Shown: positions 9,898 through 20,698, numbered from the stretch's first letter. The stretch: 64,000 bases of DNA from a virus (IMGVR_UViG_3300037067_013660:64001-128000), one strand, 5' to 3'. Made by a program: numbers and translations. Notes: generated by a model from the letters alone, not told the origin.

Positions 9898-10730
9898 TTT
9901 TTCTCTCCCACCAGTGTCGTGACGTCTTTGATTTCGGTACCGCGTGCCCCTAACCAAGCGGTTAGGGCTTTGACGTCGCCGACGCGTTGATCGATTTCAA
10001 GTTCCAAGTCGGTCCTCAGTTTGGTCAGGCGTTCGTATAGTTTTACAACCGATATTTTGTCATGGATCCGTTCCTTTTCTTTGGGTGTAAGCCAGTCGGC
10101 CGTCTTGATGATGTGGCGGATCCGACCAGCCGTCTGGGCTTCGGTCGCCAACCGCAGGAGCTTGTCCTTGGGTACCCGCTGGATCGCCCGAGGGATTTGA
10201 TCCGATGCGTCACCCATCAACGCCTTGGCCAGCGGGATGACGGCGGGGTCGGCGCCGAAGAGTCGGCGGCAGGCAAAGCGGTCGATCGCGAGGGTCGAGT
10301 TCTTGACTTTTGCCTGGACGGAAACGCGTGAGCAAATCATCTGCCACACGTCGCGGTCGTTCGACAGGATCGTGTGGTCGCCAGGACGTTGCACGAACGT
10401 CGCGATGGCGTCGTCGGCCTCGCCGTGTTGCGCCCGTATGATCCAGCATGTAGTATGGTGTAGCATACCGACGACTTCGGTGCGGGCGGCGTTGAATTCA
10501 GGTGATGGAATACGGTCGGCTTTGTAGCAGGGCAGCAAAGCTCTGCGTTCCGCCGTTCCTTTGCCTTCGAGCGCGTAGACCATGCGGGCAAACGGGTGTT
10601 GGCGGCGTTGTCGCACCATCATGGTGCCGACGAGGTGCAGGTAATGCTGGTCCGCGACGGCGGCGGCCCGTGCCACCACGTTCGACAAATCCACCACCAG
10701 GAACTGATCACGCTGCTGCAAAAAACGCAT
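9894..10730 (-). CDS. 5'-3' exonuclease/flap endonuclease (Pol I N-terminal family)
   Basis: VVDLSN, RRALLPCYKADR, GEADDAIAT, ILSNDRD, KALMGDASDQIP. Confidence 0.9.
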   Translation of the reverse strand: MRFLQQRDQFLVVDLSNVVARAAAVADQHYLHLVGTMMVRQRRQHPFARMVYALEGKGTAERRALLPCYKADRIPSPEFNAARTEVVGMLHHTTCWIIRAQHGEADDAIATFVQRPGDHTILSNDRDVWQMICSRVSVQAKVKNSTLAIDRFACRRLFGADPAVIPLAKALMGDASDQIPRAIQRVPKDKLLRLATEAQTAGRIRHIIKTADWLTPKEKERIHDKISVVKLYERLTKLRTDLELEIDQRVGDVKALTAWLGARGTEIKDVTTLVGEKK

Positions 10731-10760
10731 ATTTCAACTTTTGTCGTCAACTACCCCTAG

Positions 10761-12011
10761 CTAAAGCAAGGGGCTTGTGAGATCCAGTCTCATGTTTTTC
10801 CGAGTTCGTCGAAGATGCTTACGTTTAACCCAAAGGCTAAAAGCAGAGGCAACCTCTCCCTCGGCGTAACTTCCTGGCGTTGCACCGGTAGATTTACAAA
10901 ACAGATAAAGGTTGACAAGGTTTTGTGCGGCGGTTTGATCTCGATCATGTTGAGCACCACACTCTGGACAAGTCCATTGCCTTATGGACAGGTCTTTGGT
11001 GTTTTTATTTCGGTACCCACAGCAGCTACACAATTGGGAGCTAGGGAACCATCTGGAAACCTTGATGAACAACTTTCCTTGCCGTTCAGCACAAGTCTTC
11101 AACATGGTTCTCAGCTCACCGAAACCCAACCGACCGATGGATTTGCCATAGCGTCTGCGTTTACCCCTCTTCATCATGGAGACGAGATCAATATCCTCCA
11201 CCACGACGACATCGTAACGCTTAAACAACTTACAGCAAATCAGCCTCAGAAGGTTGTTCCTTTTGTTCCTTGTCTTTTCGTGGATCAACGCAACCTTTAT
11301 CTTTTGTTTTTCGTATCCTCTGGATCCGATCTTCCTCCTACTGAGAATTCGCTGGGCTCGGGACAATTTCTTTTCCTGACTTCGTATCCACTCCAGGTGT
11401 TTGGCTTTCGCGCCTTCGTTGGTCACGATCAGGTCATGAAAAGAAAAGTCCAAGCCAACTACGTTGGTGGGGTTGATCTCATCAAGGATGGGATCTGCTT
11501 GTTCCGTCAGAATAGAAACAAAGTATTTACCTGTAGGTTCTTGCGTGATGGTCGCGCTCTTAACCTTACCCTCTACCCTACGGTAGAGCACCACGTCCAA
11601 GAGCCCAACTTTGGGCAGCCTGAGTTTACCGCATTCAATCCTGACCTGTTGCCCTGCACCAGTTGGATTGGTCGTGTAACTCTTCTTTGTTTTGTGCTTG
11701 GACTTAAACTTAGGGAATCTGGTCTTACGTTTCTTAGGGAGTTTTCTGTCTTTGAGAAAACGAGCTAACGATTGTTTAAGATTCATCTGAACGTTACACA
11801 GTGCCATGCTATCTACGTCAGACAGAAATGGGTAAGCTTCTTTGTAGTAAGCGGGCGTCGGGTAAGTAAACTTCTTGGTTTTCTCGTAGGAGACTTTAAG
11901 ATCATGCAGCATCAGGTTCCAAACGAATCGAACACAGCCAAACGTCTGGTTCAGCAGATCGGCTTGCTGATCATCTGGGTAAGCTCGAAATCTGTAGGCT
12001 TTATTCAGCAT
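10761..12011 (-). CDS. tnpB: RNA-guided endonuclease TnpB
   Basis: KAYRFRAYP, FGCVRFVWN, RuvC residues in GLDFS / VVEDI / HDRDQTAAQN, zinc finger CSCCG...CPECG. Confidence 0.95.
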   Translation of the reverse strand: MLNKAYRFRAYPDDQQADLLNQTFGCVRFVWNLMLHDLKVSYEKTKKFTYPTPAYYKEAYPFLSDVDSMALCNVQMNLKQSLARFLKDRKLPKKRKTRFPKFKSKHKTKKSYTTNPTGAGQQVRIECGKLRLPKVGLLDVVLYRRVEGKVKSATITQEPTGKYFVSILTEQADPILDEINPTNVVGLDFSFHDLIVTNEGAKAKHLEWIRSQEKKLSRAQRILSRRKIGSRGYEKQKIKVALIHEKTRNKRNNLLRLICCKLFKRYDVVVVEDIDLVSMMKRGKRRRYGKSIGRLGFGELRTMLKTCAERQGKLFIKVSRWFPSSQLCSCCGYRNKNTKDLSIRQWTCPECGAQHDRDQTAAQNLVNLYLFCKSTGATPGSYAEGEVASAFSLWVKRKHLRRTRKNMRLDLTSPLL

Positions 12012-12019
12012 AACTAGGG

Positions 12020-12047
12020 ATTATACCTAATGTTTTACTAAAATCAA
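12020..12047 (-). promoter_or_regulatory. Sigma70-type promoter TTGATT-16-TATAAT, probably giving a leaderless tnpB mRNA
   Basis: The -10 box ends 8 nt before the ATG and there is no Shine-Dalgarno sequence. Confidence 0.6.
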
Positions 12048-12125
12048 CAGCTAACTATTGTTTTTCTTCAAAATAAACGATCCTGGTAATTTTTTGTCTT
12101 GACAACCGTGTTTTGATGCCGCACC

Positions 12126-12392
12126 TTATAGATAAGGGCAAGGTTTTGCCCAGGAGCAAAAGAGGTGCAACACCTCAGTAGACAGCAGTTGCGGCAGTTG
12201 CAGCGGTATCCACGAGCCGCTTCCGTTTGGAAGCGCCGTGGCGTGCATCTGGCGTCCACGACCCGCGTAGAGGTCGTGAACGGTCAGGTGCGGATCGTCC
12301 GCCAGGGCACCTGACCGCTTGACCCGGCAGGCTACAGCCCCGCGCCCAAGTAGCCGGCCACGGGTTTGCCCAACGGTTTTGAACCGTAACAT
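12126..12392 (-). CDS. Small hypothetical protein
   Basis: 88-aa ORF after dnaB; the frame choice is uncertain. Confidence 0.3.
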   Translation of the reverse strand: MLRFKTVGQTRGRLLGRGAVACRVKRSGALADDPHLTVHDLYAGRGRQMHATALPNGSGSWIPLQLPQLLSTEVLHLFCSWAKPCPYL

Positions 12393-12417
12393 GCCGTTTT
12401 TGTTTCATTTTCCCGCA

Positions 12418-13983
12418 TCAATCCAGTCCACCGGCCCCAACGGCGCGTTTCTTCCGCTTCTTCGCCTTCCCTGAGCCCCTTGGTTTGCCCGTCCTGGCCT
12501 TCCGTTTCGTGCCCTTGTCCCCACTACCCCGCCGCCCCTTCTTCGCGCCACGGGGGCGTTTCGTGCGCCTGGCGGCCGGTAGGGCGTCGAGGGGGGAGTC
12601 AAGGGGTGAATCGAGGTCCTGGGGGTACTGGCGTGTCACGGCCGAACCCCCGCCACCACCTCCACCGCCCGCGTAGTCCGTGACGCCCAAGCACTCGACC
12701 CTCATCTGGTCCATTCTGAAGTACGTGTTGAGCGTCACGGCCCTGCCGTGCCGTGCCTTCGCCAGCTCGATCTGCACCTGTCCCGACTGTTTCTCCTCCT
12801 CGCCGTATCGCCACCGCAGCCACCAGTCCGCGTCCTCCTCGGGGCCGGATCCATATTTGACGCCGTCGTCCTTGTTCATCTGCGTCAGGATCACGATCAC
12901 GCAGTTCAGGCGCCCCGCCAGTTGCTTCAGGTAGCGGCCGATTTCTTTCTGCACCATCCACATGTCGTTCGACCCCATGGCCAAGAGCGAGATGTAGTCG
13001 ATGACGATGACGTCGTATCCGAAGGGGCCGAGGTCCAGCTCGATGTTTTCGGCCCGGTACGTCGGGTCCTTCACGTCCCACGGGGTAAAGCGATTTTGGT
13101 ACTTCGCTGCCGTCTCCATCTCAAACGCGACCCAAGCACGTTGCACCGCGTAGCGTTCGGCTTTGGTGAGGCGCCGCGCCCTGACTTTGCTGGCATCCAT
13201 TTCTCCGATGTTGGCGACGAGCCGTTCCTTGATCTGTTCCTCGGCCATTTCTAACGACAGGAACCCGACGTTGCACCCAGCCTTGAACTGGTTGACCATC
13301 ATCTGGAGGGCCAACGCGGTCTTGCCGCCGCCGCGCGGTGCCGTCACGACGACCAAGTCACCGCGCGAGAACCCGACGATTTGTTCGTCCAGGGAACTGA
13401 GGCCCGTTGAAACGAACTTGCGGTCGTTTCGTTTGAAGAACTTTTTGAAGTCGGCCTTGATGTCCGCGAGGGTACGGCCTTGCCCGTAGTGGACCACGTG
13501 TTTGGAGCGGTCCTCTTGCAACTCCTTGAGGATTTGGATCAAGGCGCTTTGGGCCTGCTGGATCGTCTGTTCCGACCGCTTACCCGTACAGATGCCGTAA
13601 AGCCGTTTGGATCCTTGCAGGAGCACGCGGGCTTGCCGGTGCGAATGGAGGATCTGAACCAGGCGCTTGGCCTTCGCGAGTGAGTAGCGGCTGGCGGCCA
13701 CGCGGGTCCTGTGCTTGACCTTCAGCAGTTCTTTGGTGTCGTCGCTTAGGGCGCCGTCTTCGCGAAACAACGTGACGTCGCCGAACGTGCGGCCGTACTT
13801 GATCAGCGCGTCCATGCGGCGCCGAATTTCTTTTCCCTCGTCGGAGCCGAAATCCTCGACGCGCGTTTCCGCCAGCAGGTAATTGCGGACCTTGCGGTTG
13901 CGACTCTCAAGGATCCCCAGCACGACCTTGAGTTCAACGTTTTGGTTGATGGTCTTCAAGTAAAGTCGTCCTCGACGTAACAA
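12418..13983 (-). CDS. dnaB: DnaB-like replicative helicase with Gly-rich linker and basic tail
   Basis: STGLSSLD..GFSRGDLVVVTAPRGGGKT, FLSLEM, IVIDY, LTQMN, EEDAD, LAKARHG. Confidence 0.92.
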   Translation of the reverse strand: MLRRGRLYLKTINQNVELKVVLGILESRNRKVRNYLLAETRVEDFGSDEGKEIRRRMDALIKYGRTFGDVTLFREDGALSDDTKELLKVKHRTRVAASRYSLAKAKRLVQILHSHRQARVLLQGSKRLYGICTGKRSEQTIQQAQSALIQILKELQEDRSKHVVHYGQGRTLADIKADFKKFFKRNDRKFVSTGLSSLDEQIVGFSRGDLVVVTAPRGGGKTALALQMMVNQFKAGCNVGFLSLEMAEEQIKERLVANIGEMDASKVRARRLTKAERYAVQRAWVAFEMETAAKYQNRFTPWDVKDPTYRAENIELDLGPFGYDVIVIDYISLLAMGSNDMWMVQKEIGRYLKQLAGRLNCVIVILTQMNKDDGVKYGSGPEEDADWWLRWRYGEEEKQSGQVQIELAKARHGRAVTLNTYFRMDQMRVECLGVTDYAGGGGGGGGSAVTRQYPQDLDSPLDSPLDALPAARRTKRPRGAKKGRRGSGDKGTKRKARTGKPRGSGKAKKRKKRAVGAGGLD

Positions 13984-14507
13984 CAGAGGTCGGGGCGTAG
14001 GTGAAGGCGTGTCGTGACGAAACCGAACGGGTCTTTCGTGCCCGCGACGACCAGTAACCTGGCACGAAACCGCTGGTGGTACAGGGTGTCGCGTACCGAC
14101 TGAAGCCGGGGTCCCGTCGCCTCGGCCATGAGGTTGTGGATCATGATGCAGCGCATTCGTTTGGCGTCTTCTTTATCCTGCTTGTCGATGCGCCACAATT
14201 GATCCGCAGTCGTCAAGCAAAATGGTAGTTTTGCTTTTTGCATTTCCGCCAGACAGAAACAAGCGATCCGCAACGCCGCTTCCTCGACCAACGAGGCCAG
14301 CACTACCAATTGACCGCCGGGATCAACGCACAATTGCTTCAGGCCGCTGCGCTGCTGCGCTGGCGTCACCTTGGTTTTACCGATGGCGATCTGACGGAAT
14401 TTCAGTTGCTTTAGATCCGTGTGCCAATAATCCGCCGGTACGCCCGCCCGCAAGAGGAAGCGTTCGTCTGGCGTGGTGGCGCGGACGTAATCAGGTATTT
14501 TTCGCAT
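13956..14507 (-). CDS. Possible degenerate DnaC/IstB-like helicase loader
   Basis: LLRAGVPADYWHTDLKQL resembles DnaC-like N-termini. No intact Walker A. Adjacent to dnaB. Confidence 0.4.
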   Translation of the reverse strand: MRKIPDYVRATTPDERFLLRAGVPADYWHTDLKQLKFRQIAIGKTKVTPAQQRSGLKQLCVDPGGQLVVLASLVEEAALRIACFCLAEMQKAKLPFCLTTADQLWRIDKQDKEDAKRMRCIMIHNLMAEATGPRLQSVRDTLYHQRFRARLLVVAGTKDPFGFVTTRLHLRPDLCCYVEDDFT

Positions 14508-15651
14508 GCTTTTTGCGTTTGTTTTTCTTGGTTTTAGAAAGATTCCATATGGACTTTTGTATTTTGTTGCTTTTGTGTAGGCAGTGCGGACTGAGCCATA
14601 GCCGCTCGCGCGCCTGCTGGTGGCCGTTCTTGCCAATGTTGGCCATCCCGCCGCGCAGGAAACCCGCCTGGAACCACTCTTGGGCCGTCCATCCTGCGTC
14701 AATGAATCTAGTGCCATGCTCCCCGTCGAAACCGGCGACGACGATCCGGTATTGCGGATCCTCGCCGTGCTCGATTGCCCATGCGGCCACGTCGTGTGCA
14801 ACTGATAGGTCCTCGCATGCGTAAAGATCATCCGAGCGCCCGGCCGAGGCAGCATAGGGCGGGTCGAGGAACACGCCACACGGTCCGTGTCCCTGACGCA
14901 CGGCGAGGATCTTGGACGCGCCTCCCGTTACGCATCGCTTCCAGTCCCCGTTGAGGATCCGGACGTGACGCAAGCGTGCCGAGAGGTAGGCGAACCAACG
15001 CCGGACCTCGGGCATGGTGACAGGGTGATAGCACTCCTCGGGCACGGAAGGATCCCAGAGCGACGATCCGGCCGACTCAACCCCGGGCTCCCTCGCCCCG
15101 GCGTGGTTCACGCCCAGGCCGTTGTTACCCAGGTGCGGGCGCTGGCGCGAGACGCCTGGCTCCCTCTTGTCGCTGCGCTTGGTCAGCCGGTCGCCGTCAC
15201 CGAGCACCCACGCATGATCACCTGAGCACCACCCACTCCCGATCCAGCATGAGCATCCCCAGATCCACCATCCGGCCATCACAGGATCGCACCACAGCGG
15301 ATCGCCCATGAGATGCTCCAGCTCGTGCTCGGCACGCCAGCGCACAAGGGCCAGATGGCGAGCGTGCAGGTCCGCCTCGGACACGGGGTTGCTCGCAGCC
15401 TCAGCCGTGGCGTCAGGCTGTAGCTGGATCCCCCGCCATGCGTTCACTAACAGGCCGTCCAGATCGTTGACGGTCTCGGAGAAGTAGGGCCGGTTGGCCA
15501 GGTGGGGCCGGTTGAGCAGGACTGCCAACGACCCGGCGAAAGGCTCGACATAGTGGAGAACGTCGCCGAGGGCTTCCCATACCACGGGCGCGGCCTGGCT
15601 CTTACCGCCGAACCAGGGCCAAGGGCACTTGTCCAAGTTCTTTAGCGTCAT
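14491..15651 (-). CDS. Dam/D12-class adenine DNA methyltransferase
   Basis: PWPWFGGKS, YVEPFAGS, VNDLD, FLDPPY. Confidence 0.9.
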   Translation of the reverse strand: MTLKNLDKCPWPWFGGKSQAAPVVWEALGDVLHYVEPFAGSLAVLLNRPHLANRPYFSETVNDLDGLLVNAWRGIQLQPDATAEAASNPVSEADLHARHLALVRWRAEHELEHLMGDPLWCDPVMAGWWIWGCSCWIGSGWCSGDHAWVLGDGDRLTKRSDKREPGVSRQRPHLGNNGLGVNHAGAREPGVESAGSSLWDPSVPEECYHPVTMPEVRRWFAYLSARLRHVRILNGDWKRCVTGGASKILAVRQGHGPCGVFLDPPYAASAGRSDDLYACEDLSVAHDVAAWAIEHGEDPQYRIVVAGFDGEHGTRFIDAGWTAQEWFQAGFLRGGMANIGKNGHQQARERLWLSPHCLHKSNKIQKSIWNLSKTKKNKRKKHAKNT

Positions 15652-16931
15652 GTTGTTTTTTCCCAGATTGACTCGTTAGCCTTGATGTCTTCCGCGATCC
15701 TACGTTTCGCCATCTTGACGTATTCAGGATTCAGTTCAATCGAGATACAACGCCGCCGTAAGCGCGCCGCCACCATCGCGGTGGTACCGGCCCCCCCAAA
15801 AGGATCCAACACGACGCAGGGTTTGGTTTTGTTAACATCGCAATCACAGGTGCGTTGCCAACCCACCGTACGGGTTATGTCGATGTGACCACCGCCAGGC
15901 GCCGATACTTTACCGTCTGTGCGGCCAGTCCTGGCCGCACAGGCTCGACGGTCTGCTTCGACGTCACGATTAGGGTTTTTGATTCGTTCTAACTGTCGTT
16001 CCATTGGAGCACCACACGCAGCACAACAACCCTTTTCCGACGTAGCCGACTTAATAATCGGTTCGACCAGTGTTTCGGGCCATACGGCAAAGTGGGCTTC
16101 TGCGAACGGGTGTGGGTTGATGGTCCAGACGGAACGCGGGTTACGAGTTTCTGTTATCTGCCTGATACCCACGACGTGGGTATCATATCCTTTGATCGGT
16201 TTGTTGTCTTTGCCTAAGAATTTACCTTGTGCCGTATGTGTCTCGTTCGCGTGACGACTTGGTTCTTTAATGGCGTCGATGTCGTAGAAGTACTTGGGTG
16301 ATTTAGCAAAGTGGAACAAGTATTCGTGTGCTTTGGTGCAGCGGTCTCGCGTAGACTCCGGCATGGTTTGTCCACAGTACACCGGATTGAAACTCACGGC
16401 TTTGGCCCAGATGATGTCTTGCCGCAAATACCAACCATCGGCTTGCAACGCAAATGCTACGCGCCAAGGAATACCTATCAGGTCTTTAGGCTTTAGATCT
16501 AGGTTGGCTCTGATGCGATCTTGTTGCCTGCTCTGGTATTGTTCTCCTCCGTGTTGTTCTTTCCACTCTTCGCCATTTATCTTATGGTTAGCATAACCAC
16601 CACCAAAATAACTATCACCTAGATTCAGATAGAATGTACCGTCGGGTCTAAGGATACGTTTGACCTCGCGAAAGATCTGAATCAAATGTCCAACATAGCT
16701 CCACAAATCTTTTTCGTTGCCTAGTGACGCTGTCTGTTGTTTGACCTTGATCTTGTCTAGCCCAGGCATCGGTCGAAACGCAACACGATCCCATTCGACT
16801 GGATCGATTCCATAATTCCTTAACCCAAAATAAGGAGGTGACGTCATGACGGCGTGGACAGACTCGTCGGGCAAATCTCTGAGTACGTCCAAAACGTGTC
16901 CTTGCAGGAACTTGACGTACTGGTTTGTCAT
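15648..16931 (-). CDS. N4-C/N6-A DNA methyltransferase (beta class)
   Basis: VMTSPPY, LRQDIIWAK, AHFAVWP, VLDPFGGAGTT. In-frame G7 tract at 15791-15797. Confidence 0.92.
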   Translation of the reverse strand: MTNQYVKFLQGHVLDVLRDLPDESVHAVMTSPPYFGLRNYGIDPVEWDRVAFRPMPGLDKIKVKQQTASLGNEKDLWSYVGHLIQIFREVKRILRPDGTFYLNLGDSYFGGGYANHKINGEEWKEQHGGEQYQSRQQDRIRANLDLKPKDLIGIPWRVAFALQADGWYLRQDIIWAKAVSFNPVYCGQTMPESTRDRCTKAHEYLFHFAKSPKYFYDIDAIKEPSRHANETHTAQGKFLGKDNKPIKGYDTHVVGIRQITETRNPRSVWTINPHPFAEAHFAVWPETLVEPIIKSATSEKGCCAACGAPMERQLERIKNPNRDVEADRRACAARTGRTDGKVSAPGGGHIDITRTVGWQRTCDCDVNKTKPCVVLDPFGGAGTTAMVAARLRRRCISIELNPEYVKMAKRRIAEDIKANESIWEKTT

Positions 16932-17107
16932 CAGTTCGTGACCTTCGCCAGCATGAGGGCGATCTTTTCTTCCAGGTCGTCCAGCCGTTTGTGCAGCTCG
17001 CGATCTAGGTCGTCGAGTCGCTGTATCACGCCGGTCTCGTGGATCGCGATGTAGACGACGCGCTTGATTTGCTCTTCGGTTGTGCTCCACGTTGGTTTGT
17101 CGCTCAT
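16931..17107 (-). CDS. Small coiled-coil protein
   Basis: MSDKPTWST...LAKVTN, with start and stop overlapping its neighbours. Confidence 0.5.
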   Translation of the reverse strand: MSDKPTWSTTEEQIKRVVYIAIHETGVIQRLDDLDRELHKRLDDLEEKIALMLAKVTN

Positions 17108-18627
17108 TTCTTTTTCCATTTCGTCATCGTGAGGTTCGCGAGGTTGCGGGACCGTTGGTGGATGGTCCAGCCTTCGGCCTGGCACACCTTCGTCACGTTG
17201 TTGAACGCACCAGACAGTTGACCACCGGTGTCCTTGTAGTAGTAGACCAACGGCATGGGCTTGTTTTTGTCGGGGCGTCGCGTACGGCCGAAAATCTGCA
17301 TGATGCGGTGGCGCGCGTTCACGGGTGTGACCAAATGCAAACAGTTCAACGGCTTGATCGACACCATCGCGTCCATGACCTTTAGGCCAGCACAGATACA
17401 TCGGTATTTACCAGCAGCTAACTCGTGGTACAGGGTTTCGCGTCGCTTGTTCGGCACGGCACCATCGACGTAGCAGACGTCGTAACCGTTTTGCTTCAGG
17501 CGACGGAAAATCTCTTTCGCCAGAATCAATCGCTCGGCCAGCACGGCGACGAGACGACCGTCGTCGATCGAATCCATGACGGTCCGGACGATTAAATCGA
17601 TGCGCGACTGATCCGTCGACATCATCTGGAGCAACCGACCCCATTTCCACTGGGCAGAAAATGGCTTGCGTCCCTCCATCCACGCCGGTACCGAGAAGTT
17701 GGTCTCGATGAAGTGGACCTCGGGCTTCATTTGGTCGGCCCCGAGGCGCGCGACAACCGGCCCGATGATCTTGTACGCCAGGAACTCGCGTTTATCCAGT
17801 CGTTCGATCGTGGCGGTCAGGCCCAACCAACTGAGCGGTGCCCACAGACTGAAGACCCGGACAAACTCGGGCGATACTAGCTCGTGGATCTCGTCCGCCA
17901 CGACCAAACCAAAACGGAACTGGTCATCAATCAGGCGACCATAACCTTTGGGGTGTAGAAATGTCTGGACCGTCGCGACGCTGATGGGGTAGGCACCTTT
18001 ATGCCGGTAGGGACCGACGAGTCGTCTGCCCATCTGTTTTTCTAGCCGTTCAACGTTGGTGTGTTCGCGGAACTCCGCTTCCCAGTGTTTCTCGCCGTCG
18101 CCTCGCTTCGACAGGATCAACGTCTGGAGGCCCAGACGTGCGACGCACCCCATCCCGATGATGGTTTTGCCCGCACCCGTTTGCCCCAGGATGATGCCGG
18201 TACCGGCGTCCAGCCACGCGTCCACACATTTGTTTTGATCGGGCCATCGGGCGTCATCCAAAACGTGATGACGGAGCCGTAGTCTAAAACCCAAGGGGTT
18301 GATGGTGCGGAGATCGAGGGCGCGACGTAGTAGGTGTTGGATACCGGCGTCGTCACCACGCGGCAACCCGATCCACGTTTGCTTTGCCGTCAGGAGTTCA
18401 CGGTACGCTTCAATCACGTGGACGATTTCGACGCGCTCGGTCTTTTGCTTGCCGTTCGACAGCATGACGACGCGGTCGTTTTCGTCCACGACCAAACGGT
18501 ACTGCTGTTCTATCCATCGCAAGCGGAACCGTTCCAACAGGTCGTCTGTGACCAACTGTTCCGGTACGTACAGACGGTTCGCCAGGATGGGACGCGGCGT
18601 ACCGTCGTTTTGTTTAGACCCAAGCAT
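17104..18627 (-). CDS. SF2 DExH helicase (UvsW/Rad25-like)
   Basis: GQTGAGKT, VADEIH, GLTAT, QIFGRTRR. Confidence 0.9.
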   Translation of the reverse strand: MLGSKQNDGTPRPILANRLYVPEQLVTDDLLERFRLRWIEQQYRLVVDENDRVVMLSNGKQKTERVEIVHVIEAYRELLTAKQTWIGLPRGDDAGIQHLLRRALDLRTINPLGFRLRLRHHVLDDARWPDQNKCVDAWLDAGTGIILGQTGAGKTIIGMGCVARLGLQTLILSKRGDGEKHWEAEFREHTNVERLEKQMGRRLVGPYRHKGAYPISVATVQTFLHPKGYGRLIDDQFRFGLVVADEIHELVSPEFVRVFSLWAPLSWLGLTATIERLDKREFLAYKIIGPVVARLGADQMKPEVHFIETNFSVPAWMEGRKPFSAQWKWGRLLQMMSTDQSRIDLIVRTVMDSIDDGRLVAVLAERLILAKEIFRRLKQNGYDVCYVDGAVPNKRRETLYHELAAGKYRCICAGLKVMDAMVSIKPLNCLHLVTPVNARHRIMQIFGRTRRPDKNKPMPLVYYYKDTGGQLSGAFNNVTKVCQAEGWTIHQRSRNLANLTMTKWKKK

Positions 18628-18629
18628 AA

Positions 18630-20698
18630 CTATTTGTCACGTATCCATTTGTGATCCAAATCCCATAATGACTTCTGCTTTATTTCGGCGGTTGTGCGGG
18701 CATGTCCTTTTGCTGGCAAGGAATCGCGGCCGTATGCTGCCGCTTGCTTGATCCGTTGGACTGCGTGTCGATACCAATGTTCATCCAGTTCAATGCCGAT
18801 GAATCGTCTACCCGTCAACACGGCCGCCACGCCAGTGGATCCAGATCCCATGAATGGATCCAACACGATGTCTCCTGGTTTCGTATGGAGCTGGATAAAA
18901 TGGGCGGCCAACCGCCACGATTTTTCTGTTGGATGTTGTGTAGCACTCGGGATAATCTTCTTGATGCCGTAGTCGCCAGGCCGAATGATGTTTTCAACGT
19001 CGTGTGCCTCGCTATGCCAACGGGCTTTACCTTTACGGTGTGCCACCAGTACGAATTCGTAACTACGGCGGTATCGCCAACCCATTCCTATTGAATTGTG
19101 TCCAAGTGCACCATTGCCGACATAGAACAGATGTTTTGGATGATCAACCGTGATGTCGTAAACTTTCCCCTTGTACTTTCTGTGCGAAATATCTACTACG
19201 TCAACCCATGCAATTGTTCCATCGTTTGTGGCAAAAACGTTATTGTAGTGTCCGAGAGGGCTGTACCTCAGCTTCCAGTGTTCCGCCAATTTACCATTCT
19301 TCTTGACGTAGGTAGAAACGTTATGGTGTACAGCGCACGGCTGACTGCGCATCTTCAGTAGCCAAGACATTTGTTCGATCAATTTGGAAGATGCCGATAC
19401 ACCCTCAAATTGGTTGCAGCTTTTTCGGAAGTGCCCGTCACCATCCATCCATCCGTCGAGTACACCGGCTAAGAATTCAGGACAACCCTGTAGTACTGTT
19501 TGTGATAGTTGTTTATTGACGGCTATTCCTGGAACTAATTTGTGAAAAATAGTTGCCAGCGTTTTTCCATTGATCCGGGTTCTCGCTTTTTCCCCAGATA
19601 CGGTTTCTGTCTTCACCTGTATGCCGTAATTACCACACCATGTATGGATTCTAGCCACGTATTCAGCTTCTTTTGCGTGGTGTGTTAATTGAATAGAGTT
19701 ATGGTGAACGTCGCCCTCTGCTGCATAAAAGCCGACCATCCACCCAAAATCGTAGTCCATTGGGATGCGTAATGGTAGCCAACTATGTGCAAAGTGTGCC
19801 CGTACCGCGATCAGACGATTTTCTGGGATCGGAAATTTCAAGGGAACTTGGTGTTTACTCAACCACCAATGCGCTTTGTTGTAGCGCAAACCCAAATGCT
19901 CTGCTAAGGTGCACGTGCTGACGTCTTTCCTACTCTTCAGCTTTCCTACTAGGTAGTCACGACCGAGCAAGTCAACTACCGACAAAAATGTTTTGCCTGT
20001 GTCCTTGCGTTTGGCCATCAGCGTTGGAACCTTATCACCCAGCTTAATTTCATCAGCACGCCTGCACCCGTCTACGCATTCTATTGGATGATTTGGCGTC
20101 ACTTTTAATTTTGTACCGTCTCGTAATTTAAGAATGACGAGATCACCACGAAAAGATCTGATGCTTGTATCGACAACGGCTGACCACTTTCCTTCAGCGT
20201 CAACTACTTCGACATACTTGTCTGATGATTGTTGTCGAACAACATCAGCTATGTTCGTGAATTCGACCATACCATCAATACGGCATGGAAGCCGCGTAGA
20301 AGGATGGTAGCAACCTTTGTCCCACACGACCGCCTGTTCCCAGACAAACGTTTGGTTAATGGCATCGGCCCATCGAACGAATTGTATGCCTTTGTGCCCG
20401 CCCCCCCTCCACAGCAACACGCTACGTAGCCGCCAGGCTTCAGGATGTTGCGCCATAACGGCAAAGACGAAAGAAACAAATCATTAGCTTGGTCAAAATC
20501 ATCATTTTGGATAGGACGTCCTTCGTCATGTCGGTCTCTGTTTTTGCACGCGTGTCCAACGCGTCTGATGAGGTCATCGTTGTTGTTGTTGTGCCCATAG
20601 GGCGGATCCGTAAAAATGAAGTGTACGGGCTTTAGCTTAGGCAAAATGTCCAAACTATTCCCTCGGTACAGTCGGGCCTTATCATCGATGCGGATCAT
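18630..20698 (-). pseudogene. N6-A/N4-C DNA methyltransferase with intein, frameshifted at a G7 tract (possible phase-OFF allele)
   Basis: The N-half (TDPPY, ORF 20249-20707) and C-half (HPTEK, LDPFMGSG, ORF 18630-20456) join at 20401-20407. G8 restores CCCGGGGGHKG, matching the paralog's CCCCAGGGGGPDP. Confidence 0.85.
19095..20312 (-). mobile_element. Intein (406 aa) with LAGLIDADG homing endonuclease
   Basis: VWDKG|CYHPST...VTPNHP...WMVGFYAAEG...FLAGVLDGWMDGDG...VYDITV...GALGHN|SIGMGW. Confidence 0.92.

Larger units (their letters stand above)
10746..12050 (-). mobile_element. IS200/IS605-family solo tnpB element (left end approximate)
   Basis: Right-end hairpin AAGCCCCTTGCTTTAGCTAGGGGTAGTTGAC ending at 10746. 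No tnpA nearby. Lower GC than flanks. Confidence 0.8.

Noticed and set aside
10761-12011. Cas12f/CRISPR system
   Set aside because: No repeat-spacer array was seen in the window, and the IS605-type right end indicates TnpB.
12418-12680. Frameshift or repeat element in the DnaB tail (poly-Gly, DSPL repeats)
   Set aside because: The frame is intact, so it is best read as a low-complexity disordered tail.
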